Origin: Candidatus Latescibacterota bacterium
GTDB taxonomy: Bacteria > Latescibacterota > UBA2968 > GCA-2709665
Assembly (NCBI GenBank): GCA_965222075.1
Contig: OZ244937.1
Span: 640,001-704,000 of the forward strand
Direction: 5' to 3'
DNA length: 64,000 bases
Program-made: the position numbers and the translations under genes
The notes under the pieces: model-generated
Told to the model about the DNA's origin: nothing
Databases searched by the model: none
Seen by the model: only the letters and a program-made list of their open reading frames with translations
Part shown: in pieces, positions 28,192 through 38,627 of the stretch
How positions within the stretch are numbered: the stretch's first letter is position 1
Layout of the letters: each line of letters begins with the position of its first letter

Positions 28192-29388
28192 ATGTCTGAG
28201 GAGAAAGCATTCTTAGAGAAAGTTCATATCAAAAACTTTCTTAGCTTGCGTGATGTTGAGCTTCCGCTAAAGCCTTTGACGGTTCTCGTCGGACCCAATG
28301 CAAGTGGAAAATCGAATATCTTGAATGCGTTGAGCCTTCTCAACGGGATGATGATTGATGAAGAACTACCTCCAGTTAAATCTATCCGAGATTCTCTTTG
28401 GGCAGGTGAAGCAAACCAAATCACTTTCCAATTGCAGGCCAAAGTGAAAGAAGTCCCAACACTATACGAACTGAAGCTAAAAGCGGAGGCTGACAGTCCT
28501 GTTGTTGCTGAAGAATTATCGGTTAACTCTGTAAACGTCATATCCATTCAGCGCGGGAAGGGCGAAGTTCAGGATGAAGATGGCGAGAACAAGACACCAT
28601 ACAAGTCCAATAAACTCGCTTTGAGGTCCGCTGGCGATTATGGAGACAAGCCCATTACGAGTGTCTTAACGGGGTTTATTAAGGATTGGGAATTTTATGA
28701 CTTTCAACCAAACCTCATACGGAAGTATTTAGAGGTATTACCATTTTTTATAGTAGAGAAGATTTTATCGGAAGAGTTGTGCGAATCTCCAAAACTCAAT
28801 GATGATGGTTCGACGTTATCGGCGTTACTCTCGTACTGGCACGAGAATACGCCAGAGCGTTTCCAAAGCATTAGTGATTCCCTCGCCGCTTCTACGAATC
28901 TCAGAATAGACCAACGCTCAATTAACGGAGATAACAAGCCCTGTCTTTTAGAAGGATACAAGCAGCCGATACCTTTGGGGAAAGCATCTGACGGCATATT
29001 GCGTCTCGTTGCATATTACATCTTGCTTAACGAACCTGAGTTGCCGCCGTTTATTGCCATCGAAGAACCGGAGCGAAATCTACACCCCGGTGCTTTGACG
29101 GATATTACAAATGTACTTGAGCAAATTTCCGAACACTCCCAGGTGATTATCACGACGCATAGCTCTCAACTCCTCGATGCCTTTAATCCTGAGAACTTAT
29201 CGGATTCGCTCGGCGTTTTACTCTTACGCAACGTTCCCGGACACGGCACAGAAGTCATCAACCTTGAGAATATCCGCTGTGGCCGAGCAGCACTGGACGG
29301 TTGGATTACGGATTTCGGAATCGGCAGTGCCATTTTCGATAGCGAACTGCTACAAGACCTGATGGAGGAGCCAGTGTGCCAACCATGA
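28192..29388 (+). CDS. ABC-type ATPase, AAA_21/AAA_15 family
   Basis: Walker A GPNASGKS, signature ASDGILRL, Walker B IEEPERNLHP and H-loop ITTHS; lower GC than the flanks. Confidence 0.9.
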   Translation: MSEEKAFLEKVHIKNFLSLRDVELPLKPLTVLVGPNASGKSNILNALSLLNGMMIDEELPPVKSIRDSLWAGEANQITFQLQAKVKEVPTLYELKLKAEADSPVVAEELSVNSVNVISIQRGKGEVQDEDGENKTPYKSNKLALRSAGDYGDKPITSVLTGFIKDWEFYDFQPNLIRKYLEVLPFFIVEKILSEELCESPKLNDDGSTLSALLSYWHENTPERFQSISDSLAASTNLRIDQRSINGDNKPCLLEGYKQPIPLGKASDGILRLVAYYILLNEPELPPFIAIEEPERNLHPGALTDITNVLEQISEHSQVIITTHSSQLLDAFNPENLSDSLGVLLLRNVPGHGTEVINLENIRCGRAALDGWITDFGIGSAIFDSELLQDLMEEPVCQP

Positions 29389-30130
29389 GAATCTGGACTT
29401 TGGAATCAGACAATGATGCCAAAGCGGTCAAATGTTTGGCAAATAAGTTGGTGACACATCTGCAACTGGAAATTTATCTATCCAGGCATCTGGTCGAAAC
29501 GCAGTCCCAAAACGAAATAGAAGAGGGGCATCTTCGAGCGACACGCTGAAGATGGCGGTTCAAAATTATCTCCAGCAAGATGTCTGTGTTATTTTCGTTA
29601 TCGACAGTGACGGTCCGATGTCAAGCCACCAACGGCAGCAAGAACCGAATTCGCTTATCAATCAGATCACACGGGTCGTCGAGGACAGCCGTTTTACTGG
29701 CAAAGTATTTCTCGCACAGGCTGTGCAGGAACTTGAAGCGTGGTTGCTGATTGATTGTCTTGGGATTTTCTGTTATTTCGCCAGCAAAGTCGCACAGTAC
29801 AGGGAAAATTGCCGTGATGCTGTTTTGACAAACCAATCTTTCACACGATTGGTCGATCATTATCAGAAAGGCGATACGGAAAAGATCGTCGAAGCGGAAA
29901 TAGGAGGCAGTGGCGCCAAAGAATATTTGATTGAATTTTCTAAAGAAATTCTGCTTGCACTCAATCCAAACCTGCCTCACAGGAATGTCAACCGGCGGCA
30001 GTACCGTGAAAACATGTCACCCGAAGTAGCTGAACAGGTGCTCATTGACCGACACACATTAGGACGAAACCATTCTCTCTGCAAACTGGGAAACTTGCTC
30101 GCTCAATTCCAGCGAGCAGAGTACGCATGA
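29385..30130 (+). CDS. DUF4276/TOPRIM-like partner protein, one frameshift near 29470
   Basis: ATGA-coupled start MRIWTLESDND. After a missing base in CTGGAAATTT the frame continues into the 29552-30130 ORF with IDSD and QELEAWLL. Confidence 0.7.
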
Positions 30131-30398
30131 CTCTTGACATGGCATTACCAAAGCTGATCGCATGCAGACGGCCTCACCGCGCGCTTTGTGCATCGCCATA
30201 CCACTTACCACCCTCGAAGAGACAGGAGCCTCAAGCATCGGTGAACGGACGGGCGCTTCCGTGCCACCGTCACTCGCTCCTGGTCAGGACGGACCACAGG
30301 TAGAGCAGCATGCCCGCGCCAATAAGCAGGGTCCCCAGGCCCAGGAACAGGAAGAACGAAATCGGATGGTTCCAGTGGCGTCTACTACGAGAACGTAC

Positions 30399-30438
30399 AA
30401 AGAAGGGGAGGCTCCCATGCGGGGGCTTCCCCTTCTTT
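30399..30438. terminator. Bidirectional terminator-like hairpin
   Basis: AAAGAAGGGGAGGCTCCC / GGGGGCTTCCCCTTCTTT inverted repeat. Confidence 0.65.
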
Positions 30439-30446
30439 ATGGATCG

Positions 30447-30773
30447 TTAAACTGCGGCGGCGAGACGCTGGTTGACGACTCGCCAGAAGGTTGCAACTGC
30501 TTTCTTTTTTGTATCAAAAAAATCCTCAAAAAACCCACAGCCATTCAGCGGCGGCGGATAAGCATAGCGCTCATCGGCATCGCCAAACTCTGTTACCCAA
30601 TCGTCTGGCTCGCGAGGATCGACAATGTCGAATAACTGATGAGGATACAAGTAGGGCCGACCCTGGTCGCTCAAAATCCGCAAATCATCGGCCTCGATCC
30701 CGATCACCACATAGTCTTGACCAGGCGTCAGGTCCGGATAACGCGTGTTTTTACGCTGTAATCTGACAATCAT
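30447..30773 (-). CDS. Small conserved hypothetical protein, putative immunity/antitoxin
   Basis: 108 aa, LTPGQDYVVIGIEADDLRILSDQGRPYLYPHQLFDIV; start overlaps the stop of the upstream HWYE-motif ORF. Confidence 0.7.
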   Translation of the reverse strand: MIVRLQRKNTRYPDLTPGQDYVVIGIEADDLRILSDQGRPYLYPHQLFDIVDPREPDDWVTEFGDADERYAYPPPLNGCGFFEDFFDTKKKAVATFWRVVNQRLAAAV

Positions 30774-30934
30774 ATTTCATCCACCTGCGTACGTTTCAGT
30801 TCAACACGACCAATACCGGGATGTTCATACCAGTGATACTCGTACCGCTGGCGATCGCGGACACGATTCGGGGTGAATGCTCCGGACGCCTGAGTCCACG
30901 TCGAGTCAGAGGTGAAGGTGAGGTGATTGAACAC
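30770..30934 (-). pseudogene. Short HWYE-motif toxin-tip-like ORF (54 aa, below the ORF-track cutoff)
   Basis: Manual translation ends RYEYHWYEHPGIGRVELKRTQVDEI*, with an ATGA overlap into the next gene. Confidence 0.55.
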
Positions 30935-30982
30935 AAAAAGCCGGCCCAGGGAGAGGGATTGGGCATTGCAGGGCGCGTTGAA

Positions 30983-31831
30983 TCAATGCAGGGCAATGCC
31001 GAGATCTCTTGCCACATACCGGATGTATTGCTGGCCGGCAATGGTATCTGCTTCTGAGAAGTGCTCCACGTGCAGGGTGACATCCTGGTCCAGCACATCC
31101 AGCCGTCGAAGGATCGTGGCGTAATCCATAGCGCCTGTGCCCGGTACTGCTTCGTCTAAGTGAACCACGGAGAGGTACTCGCCGTTGCGCTGGACTGCCG
31201 ATATCGTCACATCCTTTGCGTGGAGCGCGGTGATGAGATCTCCCAGCTCATCGAAGATCTGGTTCACCAGTTCTGTGGTTCTGTAGACCATGTGAGGCCA
31301 GGTGAGATTTACGGGGTCCATCAGCACCTTTAGCCGGGGAGAAGCCACGGCATCTAAGAGCTCTCTGTACCGCTCGGAGGAACAGAGCGGGCTGACGATG
31401 TGGGGGTGTGCGGCCACATTCATCTGCGTTTTTTCCGCTTCCTCGACCAGTTCTTCTACAGCGGCGATGCACCGCTGCCAGGTCTGCTCAGACCACATTT
31501 GAGGTGTGGCTCGATCGCAGGTGATCGAAAATCCGACGCATTGTGCGTCCAGGATGCGGGCGTGGCGAAGTTGGCGGCGGTAGTGCTGGATGGCCGAGTG
31601 GTGGTCCTCCGGGCTGGCCGAGGCAAACCCTTTGTGGAATCCGCTGAACTCCCCAACCCGGATGCCGTGCTCATCGAGGAACTTCCGGGCGTCCTCGACC
31701 TCCTTATCGGTCCAGTCGGCCGGTGTGGCCATCGAGACGGTTTTTACGTCTAAGATGCCGGCTTTGTGGAGAAACGCCTCCCGTTCCTCCGCTGTCTTTC
31801 CCAGCCGAGCCGGCGGACACATCAGGATCAT
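30983..31831 (-). CDS. Sugar phosphate isomerase/epimerase (xylose isomerase-like TIM barrel)
   Basis: MDPVNL, LHAKDV, PGTGAMDY and HVEH motifs; SD AAGGAG. Confidence 0.85.
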   Translation of the reverse strand: MILMCPPARLGKTAEEREAFLHKAGILDVKTVSMATPADWTDKEVEDARKFLDEHGIRVGEFSGFHKGFASASPEDHHSAIQHYRRQLRHARILDAQCVGFSITCDRATPQMWSEQTWQRCIAAVEELVEEAEKTQMNVAAHPHIVSPLCSSERYRELLDAVASPRLKVLMDPVNLTWPHMVYRTTELVNQIFDELGDLITALHAKDVTISAVQRNGEYLSVVHLDEAVPGTGAMDYATILRRLDVLDQDVTLHVEHFSEADTIAGQQYIRYVARDLGIALH

Positions 31832-31972
31832 TGGGGTTCTCCTTTTCTTATCAGGGTTTGATAGAATCGAGGGAGGCGCAGTTGCCCGATCTCAGTGCCC
31901 CGGCTACTGCGACGCTTCGGCTTCGAGGGGTTAGGAGAGGGCCTGTTTGGGAATGCGTCCGGAATGGATTCG

Positions 31973-32000
31973 GTAGGGGCGGTTCGCGAACCGCCCCTAC
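31973..32000. repeat. REP palindrome
   Basis: Perfect inverted repeat GTAGGGGCGGTTCGCGAACCGCCCCTAC with a GTAG head. Confidence 0.8.
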
Positions 32001-32129
32001 GAAACGGAGAACCGGGAAAAATGTGTGAGGCGGCGCAAAAAAACACGCCGGATACAACAAGCCCCCAAGACGGCAGTCCTCGGGGGCTCGCGTTAACCAA
32101 CAAACCGCCAAAGTTAGTGGTTAGAAATT

Positions 32130-32206
<77 letters not shown>

Positions 32207-32309
32207 TCAACTTTATTCTAAATCTACAATATTTAGACAAAAGAGCAAGTTTTTTGTTGCGCAGACCACAGACCACGGATCCCGGTCAGAATTCCTGAAG
32301 CCCCGGTTT

Positions 32310-34131
32310 TCATGCCACCGGGGCCCCCTCTCCTGCGGGGGGGGACGATCCCTTTTCGATGAGGGCCTTCCGACCTTCGGTCAGTTCCCGGTGTTTTTCC
32401 ATGAGGGCTTTGAGGTCTGGCCCGTCGCCGGCTGAGCGGAGTTCGGCCTCTAAGGCGTTGATCCGGGCGTCTAAGTTTTTGAGGGCGAACGCGTTGATGT
32501 AGTCCTGCAGGGGGGGCTGGGGCCGGTCGGGATCGGCGATGCCGGTTTCCAGGGAAAGAGCCGAGAGGACCTGCGCCAGGTCGGGGTGCTCGCACTGGTT
32601 GATGAGCAGGGCGACTGCGGCGCCCTGCTTTTTTTTCCGTCTCTGAGCGATGAGCGCAGCGATGCGCCTGTAGACGCCGTTTGAGAAGTCCTCCACCCGG
32701 ATCTGTTTCAGGACAGCGTCTGCGGTATCGTCGTCCGCCATGATCCGGATCAGAAGTTCCCTCTCCAACCGGGGCCTGGGGTCGAAGGTTGGGGCGCGCT
32801 GTTCTGTGGAGGCCTCCCCCTGGCGCTGCCGCGCGGGGCGGCTGAACCGCCGGACGACCTGGATGAGCGTTGCTTCGTCTATGCCGAGCTTTTGGGCAGC
32901 TTCCTGGGTGAGAAACCTTCGACGCGCATCGTCACCTACGCGGGATATGAATTCGGCCAACGACTCGGTTGCGCGGCCCTTGCCGTCGGAGGTGGAGAGG
33001 TCTTCTTGCGTGGCGAGCCAGGCGACCATAAAGTCGAGCACGGGGTCTGCGCCTTCAAGGAGGTTGTGAAGGCCGTCCGGTCCGTGTTCCCGGATGTAGC
33101 TGTCGGGGTCGTGGCCTTCGGGCAGGGTGACAACGCGGGTGTCGAGCCCGGCCTCAAAGAGGGCACCGATGCCCCGGACCGCAGCGGCGGTCCCGGCGGC
33201 GTCTCCGTCGAAAACCAGGACGGCCCGCTGCGCATAGCGGCGCAGAAGCCGGGCGTGGTCGGAGGTGAGGGCCGTGCCGGAGGAGGCGACGGTGTTTTCG
33301 ATGTCCTCGCTGCGCCAGGGCGAGGAGGTCCATGTAGCCTTCAACGACGATTGCCGCGCCCTGGGTGCGGATGGCATCGCGGGCCTTCCAGAGCCCGTAG
33401 AGGGTGGCGCTTTTGTGGTAGACGGGGGTTTCCGGAGAGTTGAGGTACTTGGCCTGCTCCTGGGGGTCGAGCGCCCGGGCGCCGAAGGCGACGGTGCGGC
33501 CGGTGTGCGCCCGGATGGGGAACATGATGCGGTTGCGGAAGCGGTCGTAATAGCCCATTCCGTCCCGGCGGGGGAGGGCCAGCCCGGCCTGTTCCAAGGT
33601 TTTGGGGGTGATCCCCCGCCTGCCGGCGACCTCCAGCAGGCCGTCCCAGGCGTTGGGCGCATAGCCTAAGGAAAAGGCGTCCATCATCTTTTCGGATAGG
33701 CCGCGAGACAAAAGATAGGCCCGGGCTTCAGATCCGGCCGTGTCGACCATGAGGAGGTGGTTGTAGTATTTCCGGGCAAGATCGTTGGCGCTGTAGAGGG
33801 CGTCGAAAGCCTCCTGCTGCTGGCCCCCGTCCCGGGCCTCGGGCAGGGGGATGCCGGCCTGCGAGGCGAGTTTGCGGACGGCTTCGGTGAAGCTGATCCG
33901 CTCCATTTCCATGAGGAAGGTGAAGACGTTTCCCCCGGCGCCGCAGGCAAAGCATTTGTAGATCTGTTTGTCCTGGGAGACATTGAAGGAGGGGCGCCGG
34001 TCGTCGTGGAAGGGGCAGAGGCCGATGTGGTTTTTGCCCCGTTTGGTAAGCGCTACGTGGTCGGAGACGACCTCGACGATGTCGGCCGACTGCCGGACCT
34101 GCTCGATGGTTTCTTCAGGAATCCGGGGCAT
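32310..34131 (-). CDS. dnaG: DNA primase, interrupted by a +1 frameshift near 33304
   Basis: CPFH..CFAC zinc finger, DRFRNRIMFPI, KYLNSPETP and VEGYMD in one frame; GTALT..FDGDAAG..DPD in the other. Confidence 0.92.
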
Positions 34132-34176
34132 GGTTGGTTTTTGAAAATTCTGTAAATGCGGACTCGCAACTTTCTT

Positions 34177-36135
34177 TCAGGCCTCGATCCACCGGTCGTC
34201 TTTCCTGATCAGTTCGATCAGTTCATCGACGGCGACCTGGGGGGGGATGTTCCGCTTGACGATCTCTTTGCCCCTGTAGAGGGTGATTTTTCCGGGGCCG
34301 CTGCCCACGTAGCCGTAGTCGGCGTCGGCCATTTCGCCCGGGCCGTTGACGATGCAGCCCATGATGCCGATTTTGACGCCTTTGAGGTGGTCCGTGCGCT
34401 TGCGGATCATGGCGGTGGTTTCCTGGAGGTCAAAGAGGGTCCGCCCGCAGGAGGGACAGGAGATGTATTCGGTTTTGGAGATCCGGGTGCGGGTGGCCTG
34501 CAGGATGCCGAAGCTGATTCGGTTAAGGGTTTCGGGAGAGACGGAGGGGGCGTCCAGCCAGATGCCGTCTCCCAACCCGTCGATGAACAGCCCGCCACAG
34601 TCGGTGGCGCTGTAGACCATAAGGTCGTCTTCACCCAGGCCGTGATATTCCCGCTTGATGATGACGGGGAGCCGGGGGGCGTGCTGCATCACCTTGATTA
34701 TGGCCCGCCGCAGCTCGGGCATGGCATGCGCGTTGTCTGTTCTTAAAATGAGGACCGCGCACCGGTCTTGGGAAAGGGCATGAAGGGCCTCTTCAGTCAA
34801 AACGCTCAGATCCGCTATCACAAAGTTGATCCGGTCGGAATGGCGGTCGGCCCTCAGGTAGGGGTGGATGTCAAAGAGGGGGAAGGCGTCGGAGGGGGCG
34901 TCCAAGGCCCGCCAGGCGTCGTAGTCAAAGATCTTTTTGAGCGTTCCGGGGAGTTCAAAGCTCAGGTCCCGATCCCTCAGATAGATGAAGTCGGGGGCCA
35001 TGTCGGCGATGTTCCACTTGTCCAGTGCCGCGTCGTAGGCATAGCCGAGGGCGGCCAGTCCACCTGGCGTTTTCAGGGTCTCACAGTTTGGGGTGACGAC
35101 GACGACCGGGACATTGTCTTTTCCGATTTTGTCGACTTCGAGGGTCTGCCTGCGGGTGTAGGTAAAGGGGGTGATGGGACTGGTAACGACGGCCGGGATC
35201 GGGTCGTGAGCCGGCCTGCGAGTATAACGTTGGGCGAGGCGGATGCATACGGGGACTTCCGCTTCGGGCGCTTCGGTCAGGGAGACCCGGATGGTATCCC
35301 CGATGCCGTCTTCCAACAGGGCGCCGATGCCGATAGCCGATTTAATTCTGCCGTCTTCGCCGTCGCCGGCTTCGGTGACGCCCAGGTGGGTCGGATAGTC
35401 CATGCCTTCCGCTTCCATTCTGTTTACAAGCAGGCGGTAGGCCTGGACCATAACCTGGGGATTGCTGGCCTTCATGGAGAGGACGATGTCGTGGTAGTCT
35501 AAGTCACCACAAATCCGGACAAATTCGAGGGCGGATTCGACCATGCCAAGGGGCGTATCGCCAAAGCGGTTCATGATCCTGTCGGAGAGGGAGCCGTGGT
35601 TGGTGCCAATGCGCATGGCCGTGCCGTTCTCCTTGCATATTTTGACCAGGGGCGCGAATTTCTCCCGAATCCGTTCCAGTTCGGAAGCGTATTCGGCATC
35701 GGTATATTCGATGATCCGGAACTTTTTCTTGTCGGCGTAGTTGCCCGGGTTGACCCTGACCTTTTCGACAATACGGGCAGCGATTTCTGCGGCGTTGGGC
35801 GTGTAGTGGATATCCGCAATGAGGGGGGCATCGTATCCCCGGCTCCGCAACGCTTTCACGATGGCCTCTAAGTTGCGAGCTTCGTTCTGGCTGGGCGCGG
35901 TGATGCGGACATAGTCTGCGCCTGCCTCGATGATGCGGATGGATTGCTCGACCGTAGCCAGGGTGTCCATGGTATCGGTGGTGGTCATAGACTGGATGCG
36001 GATGGGGTTGTCCGCGCCCAGGGGAACGCCGCCGATGTTCACTTCACGGGTTCGATACCGGGAGTAGGCGGTGAGGGAGTTGCAGTATATTGTGGGAGGG
36101 GTCTGGAGATCCGTATTCAACGCTGTGGATTGCAT
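34177..36135 (-). CDS. ispG: HMBPP synthase, long form with insertion domain
   Basis: IRIQSMT, ADIH, RVNPGN, RIGTNHGSL, HLGVTEAG, GDTIRVSL, CPSCGR and GCIVNGPGE. Confidence 0.96.
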   Translation of the reverse strand: MQSTALNTDLQTPPTIYCNSLTAYSRYRTREVNIGGVPLGADNPIRIQSMTTTDTMDTLATVEQSIRIIEAGADYVRITAPSQNEARNLEAIVKALRSRGYDAPLIADIHYTPNAAEIAARIVEKVRVNPGNYADKKKFRIIEYTDAEYASELERIREKFAPLVKICKENGTAMRIGTNHGSLSDRIMNRFGDTPLGMVESALEFVRICGDLDYHDIVLSMKASNPQVMVQAYRLLVNRMEAEGMDYPTHLGVTEAGDGEDGRIKSAIGIGALLEDGIGDTIRVSLTEAPEAEVPVCIRLAQRYTRRPAHDPIPAVVTSPITPFTYTRRQTLEVDKIGKDNVPVVVVTPNCETLKTPGGLAALGYAYDAALDKWNIADMAPDFIYLRDRDLSFELPGTLKKIFDYDAWRALDAPSDAFPLFDIHPYLRADRHSDRINFVIADLSVLTEEALHALSQDRCAVLILRTDNAHAMPELRRAIIKVMQHAPRLPVIIKREYHGLGEDDLMVYSATDCGGLFIDGLGDGIWLDAPSVSPETLNRISFGILQATRTRISKTEYISCPSCGRTLFDLQETTAMIRKRTDHLKGVKIGIMGCIVNGPGEMADADYGYVGSGPGKITLYRGKEIVKRNIPPQVAVDELIELIRKDDRWIEA

Positions 36136-36242
36136 TCGATAGGCTCCGGTGTTGGAGAAAAATTCACATCAAGGTGGGGAGACGATCCTGGTCTTTCTCC
36201 GCGCCCTCTGCGTCTGTGCGGTTCAAAATCTAATATAGACAA

Positions 36243-38621
36243 TTATTTCTCCAGGTCAAGCGCCACAATGGTCACGCCGCTGCCGCCTTCGTCCCGGTTT
36301 CCCAGGCGCTGCGTTTTCACACGCGGGTGCTGCTTTAAGAAGCCTCCAACCGTTCGGCGCAACGCTCCGGTTCCCTTCCCGTGGATGAGGGTGGCCCGCT
36401 CCATCCGGTTCAGGTAGAGGTCGTCCAGGTATTTGTCGACCACCTCAACAGTCTCTTCCGAGGTCAGCCCCCGCAGGTCTACCTCCGGAGAGATGTTTCC
36501 CCGGCCCAGGAATCCGGCGGAGGGCGTTTTGGAGGCTTCTTCAGGGGCCTGCTCCCGCGCTTCCAGGTCGGCAGGAGAGACTTCCACTTTGATCTTGCCC
36601 ACCTCCACGACGACCCGGTCCGCCCCGTCCCGGCTCGATACGACCACGCCTTCTTTCTCAAAGCTCCGGAGCCAGACCCGGTCTCCGGGTTTGAGCGGTG
36701 AGCGGGGATGTTGGGAGGGAGGTTCTTTGAGGGCCTGGTTCAGTTCCTGCCGGGCGGTCCGGATGCGGGCGTGGGCCTGCCGGATCGCGTCCCGGTCGGC
36801 GTCTCGCTGCCGGATTTCCTGCACGGTGCGTTCAACCAGGGCGTTGGCCCCCTCCAGGATGCGCTGCGCTTCCTGCTGGGCCGTCCGCTTCAGTTCCCGT
36901 TCCCGGCGTTCCACATCCTTCAGGCGGGTTTCGTAGTCTGCCTTTAGCCTTTCTGCTTCTTTTCGGTCGGCCTGGGTCCGGACCCGTTCTTCCTGGTAGT
37001 GCTGGTAGGTTTCATCGAGTTCGGCAATAAGCGATTCCACCCGGCCCACGTCGCTGCCGGCAATGCGCACGGCTGCGTCCACGATCTCGGCGGGCATCTC
37101 CAGCCGCCGGGCGATTTCGAAGGCGTAGCTGCTGCCCGGGACCTTCAGACGGAGCTGGAAGGTGGGTCGAAGGGTGGCGGCGTCGAATGCCATGGACCCG
37201 TTGGCCATGCCTTTGGAACTGTGGGCAAAGGCCTTGAGGGCGCCGTGGTGCGTGGTTGCAATGGTGCGGCTGCCCCGCCCGGTGAGTTCCTTAAGCAGGG
37301 CCATGGCCAGGGCCGAGCCCTGGTCGGGGTCGGTGCTGGACCCGATCTCGTCTAACAGGATCAGGGACCGGAAGTCGGCCTTTTCACAGATTTTGACCAG
37401 GTTTGCCATGTGAGAAGAGAAGGTGCTCAGATCGTTTTCGATGGACTGGGCGTCTCCAATATCTGCAAAGATTCCAGAGAAGACCGGAAGTTCCGATTTG
37501 GGCCGGGCCGGGATGGGCAGGCCGGCCTGGGCCATCAGCGCTAAGAGGCCCACGGTTTTGAGGGCGACGGTTTTGCCGCCCGCGTTGGGGCCGGTCAGGA
37601 CCAGGGTCCAGAATTGATCGGCGCCAATCGTCAGGTCCAGGGAGACCAGGTCCCGTAGGCGGTCTTCGCTGCGGAGCCGGTAGACGAGGAGGGGGTGCCT
37701 GGCCTGCCGGAGGACGACGCGCCCTTCCCGATTAAAGAGGGGCTCGGTTGCGTCAAGGTCCCGGGCAAAGGAGGCTTTGGCGAAAACCGCGTCGAATTTT
37801 CCCAGGATCTCCAGGTTGTCTAAGAGGTCGTCGCTCACTTCAGCGACAGCCCCGGTCAATTCGAGCAGGATCTTTTTGATTTCCTGCTGTTCGGCCAGTT
37901 CCAGTTGACGGAGCCGGTTGTTCAGCTCCACGGTGGCCATCGGCTCGATGAAGAGGGTGGCGCCGCTGGCGGACTGGTCATGGACGATGCCTTCTATGCG
38001 GCGCTTCTGGTTTTCCCGGATGGGGATGACGAACCGGCCCGCCCGGATGGTGACCAGGCGGTCCTGCACCACGTCGTCCGGGAGTTTGCCCAGGACCGAT
38101 TCAACCTGTTTCCGAATGGAGGATCGCGTCTGTTCGATGTTCCGGCGGATACGGCGGAGTTCGGGGCTGGCCGAGTCTTTTACGGTTCCCGCTACGGGGT
38201 CCAGGGCCCTGTTGAAGGCACTTTCCAGGTCGGGGTGGGCGCTCAAACCGGTGATGAGGCCCCAGAGCCGGGGGTATTTCTCCTGCCGGGTCGAGATGTA
38301 GGCGAGGAATCTCCGCGAGGCTCTCAGGACGTCACCTACTTCGAGGAGTTCTGTCACCGTCAGGGTCGACCCGGGAACAGTACAGGTCCTGAGCGCCGGG
38401 CGGATATCGGGGATGTGGCCGATGGACAGGGGATCGTCGAAGGCGATCAGGTCGATCGTTTCCAGCACCGGCCGGAGGCGATTCTCAATCGTTTCGGGAT
38501 CGTCGGTGGGGGCCAGGGTTTCCACCTCTTCCCGGCCAAGCGTGGAGACGGTCCGCTTTGCGATGTGCGCCCGGATCTTGTCGAATTCCAGCGTTTCAAG
38601 TGTGTGTGGAGCGCATGCCAT
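36243..38621 (-). CDS. mutS2: Endonuclease MutS2
   Basis: TLEFDKI, HDQSASGATLFIEP, TGPNAGGKT, LSTFSSHM, and Smr domain DLRG..IHGKGTGALR. Confidence 0.95.
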   Translation of the reverse strand: MACAPHTLETLEFDKIRAHIAKRTVSTLGREEVETLAPTDDPETIENRLRPVLETIDLIAFDDPLSIGHIPDIRPALRTCTVPGSTLTVTELLEVGDVLRASRRFLAYISTRQEKYPRLWGLITGLSAHPDLESAFNRALDPVAGTVKDSASPELRRIRRNIEQTRSSIRKQVESVLGKLPDDVVQDRLVTIRAGRFVIPIRENQKRRIEGIVHDQSASGATLFIEPMATVELNNRLRQLELAEQQEIKKILLELTGAVAEVSDDLLDNLEILGKFDAVFAKASFARDLDATEPLFNREGRVVLRQARHPLLVYRLRSEDRLRDLVSLDLTIGADQFWTLVLTGPNAGGKTVALKTVGLLALMAQAGLPIPARPKSELPVFSGIFADIGDAQSIENDLSTFSSHMANLVKICEKADFRSLILLDEIGSSTDPDQGSALAMALLKELTGRGSRTIATTHHGALKAFAHSSKGMANGSMAFDAATLRPTFQLRLKVPGSSYAFEIARRLEMPAEIVDAAVRIAGSDVGRVESLIAELDETYQHYQEERVRTQADRKEAERLKADYETRLKDVERRERELKRTAQQEAQRILEGANALVERTVQEIRQRDADRDAIRQAHARIRTARQELNQALKEPPSQHPRSPLKPGDRVWLRSFEKEGVVVSSRDGADRVVVEVGKIKVEVSPADLEAREQAPEEASKTPSAGFLGRGNISPEVDLRGLTSEETVEVVDKYLDDLYLNRMERATLIHGKGTGALRRTVGGFLKQHPRVKTQRLGNRDEGGSGVTIVALDLEK

Positions 38622-38627
38622 GGAATC

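Noticed and set aside
30240-30390. Hydrophobic minus-strand frame (HWNHPISFFLFLGLGTLLIGAGMLLYLWSVL) as a type I toxin
   Set aside because: No in-frame start or SD was found; it is more likely the tail of a deleted membrane protein.
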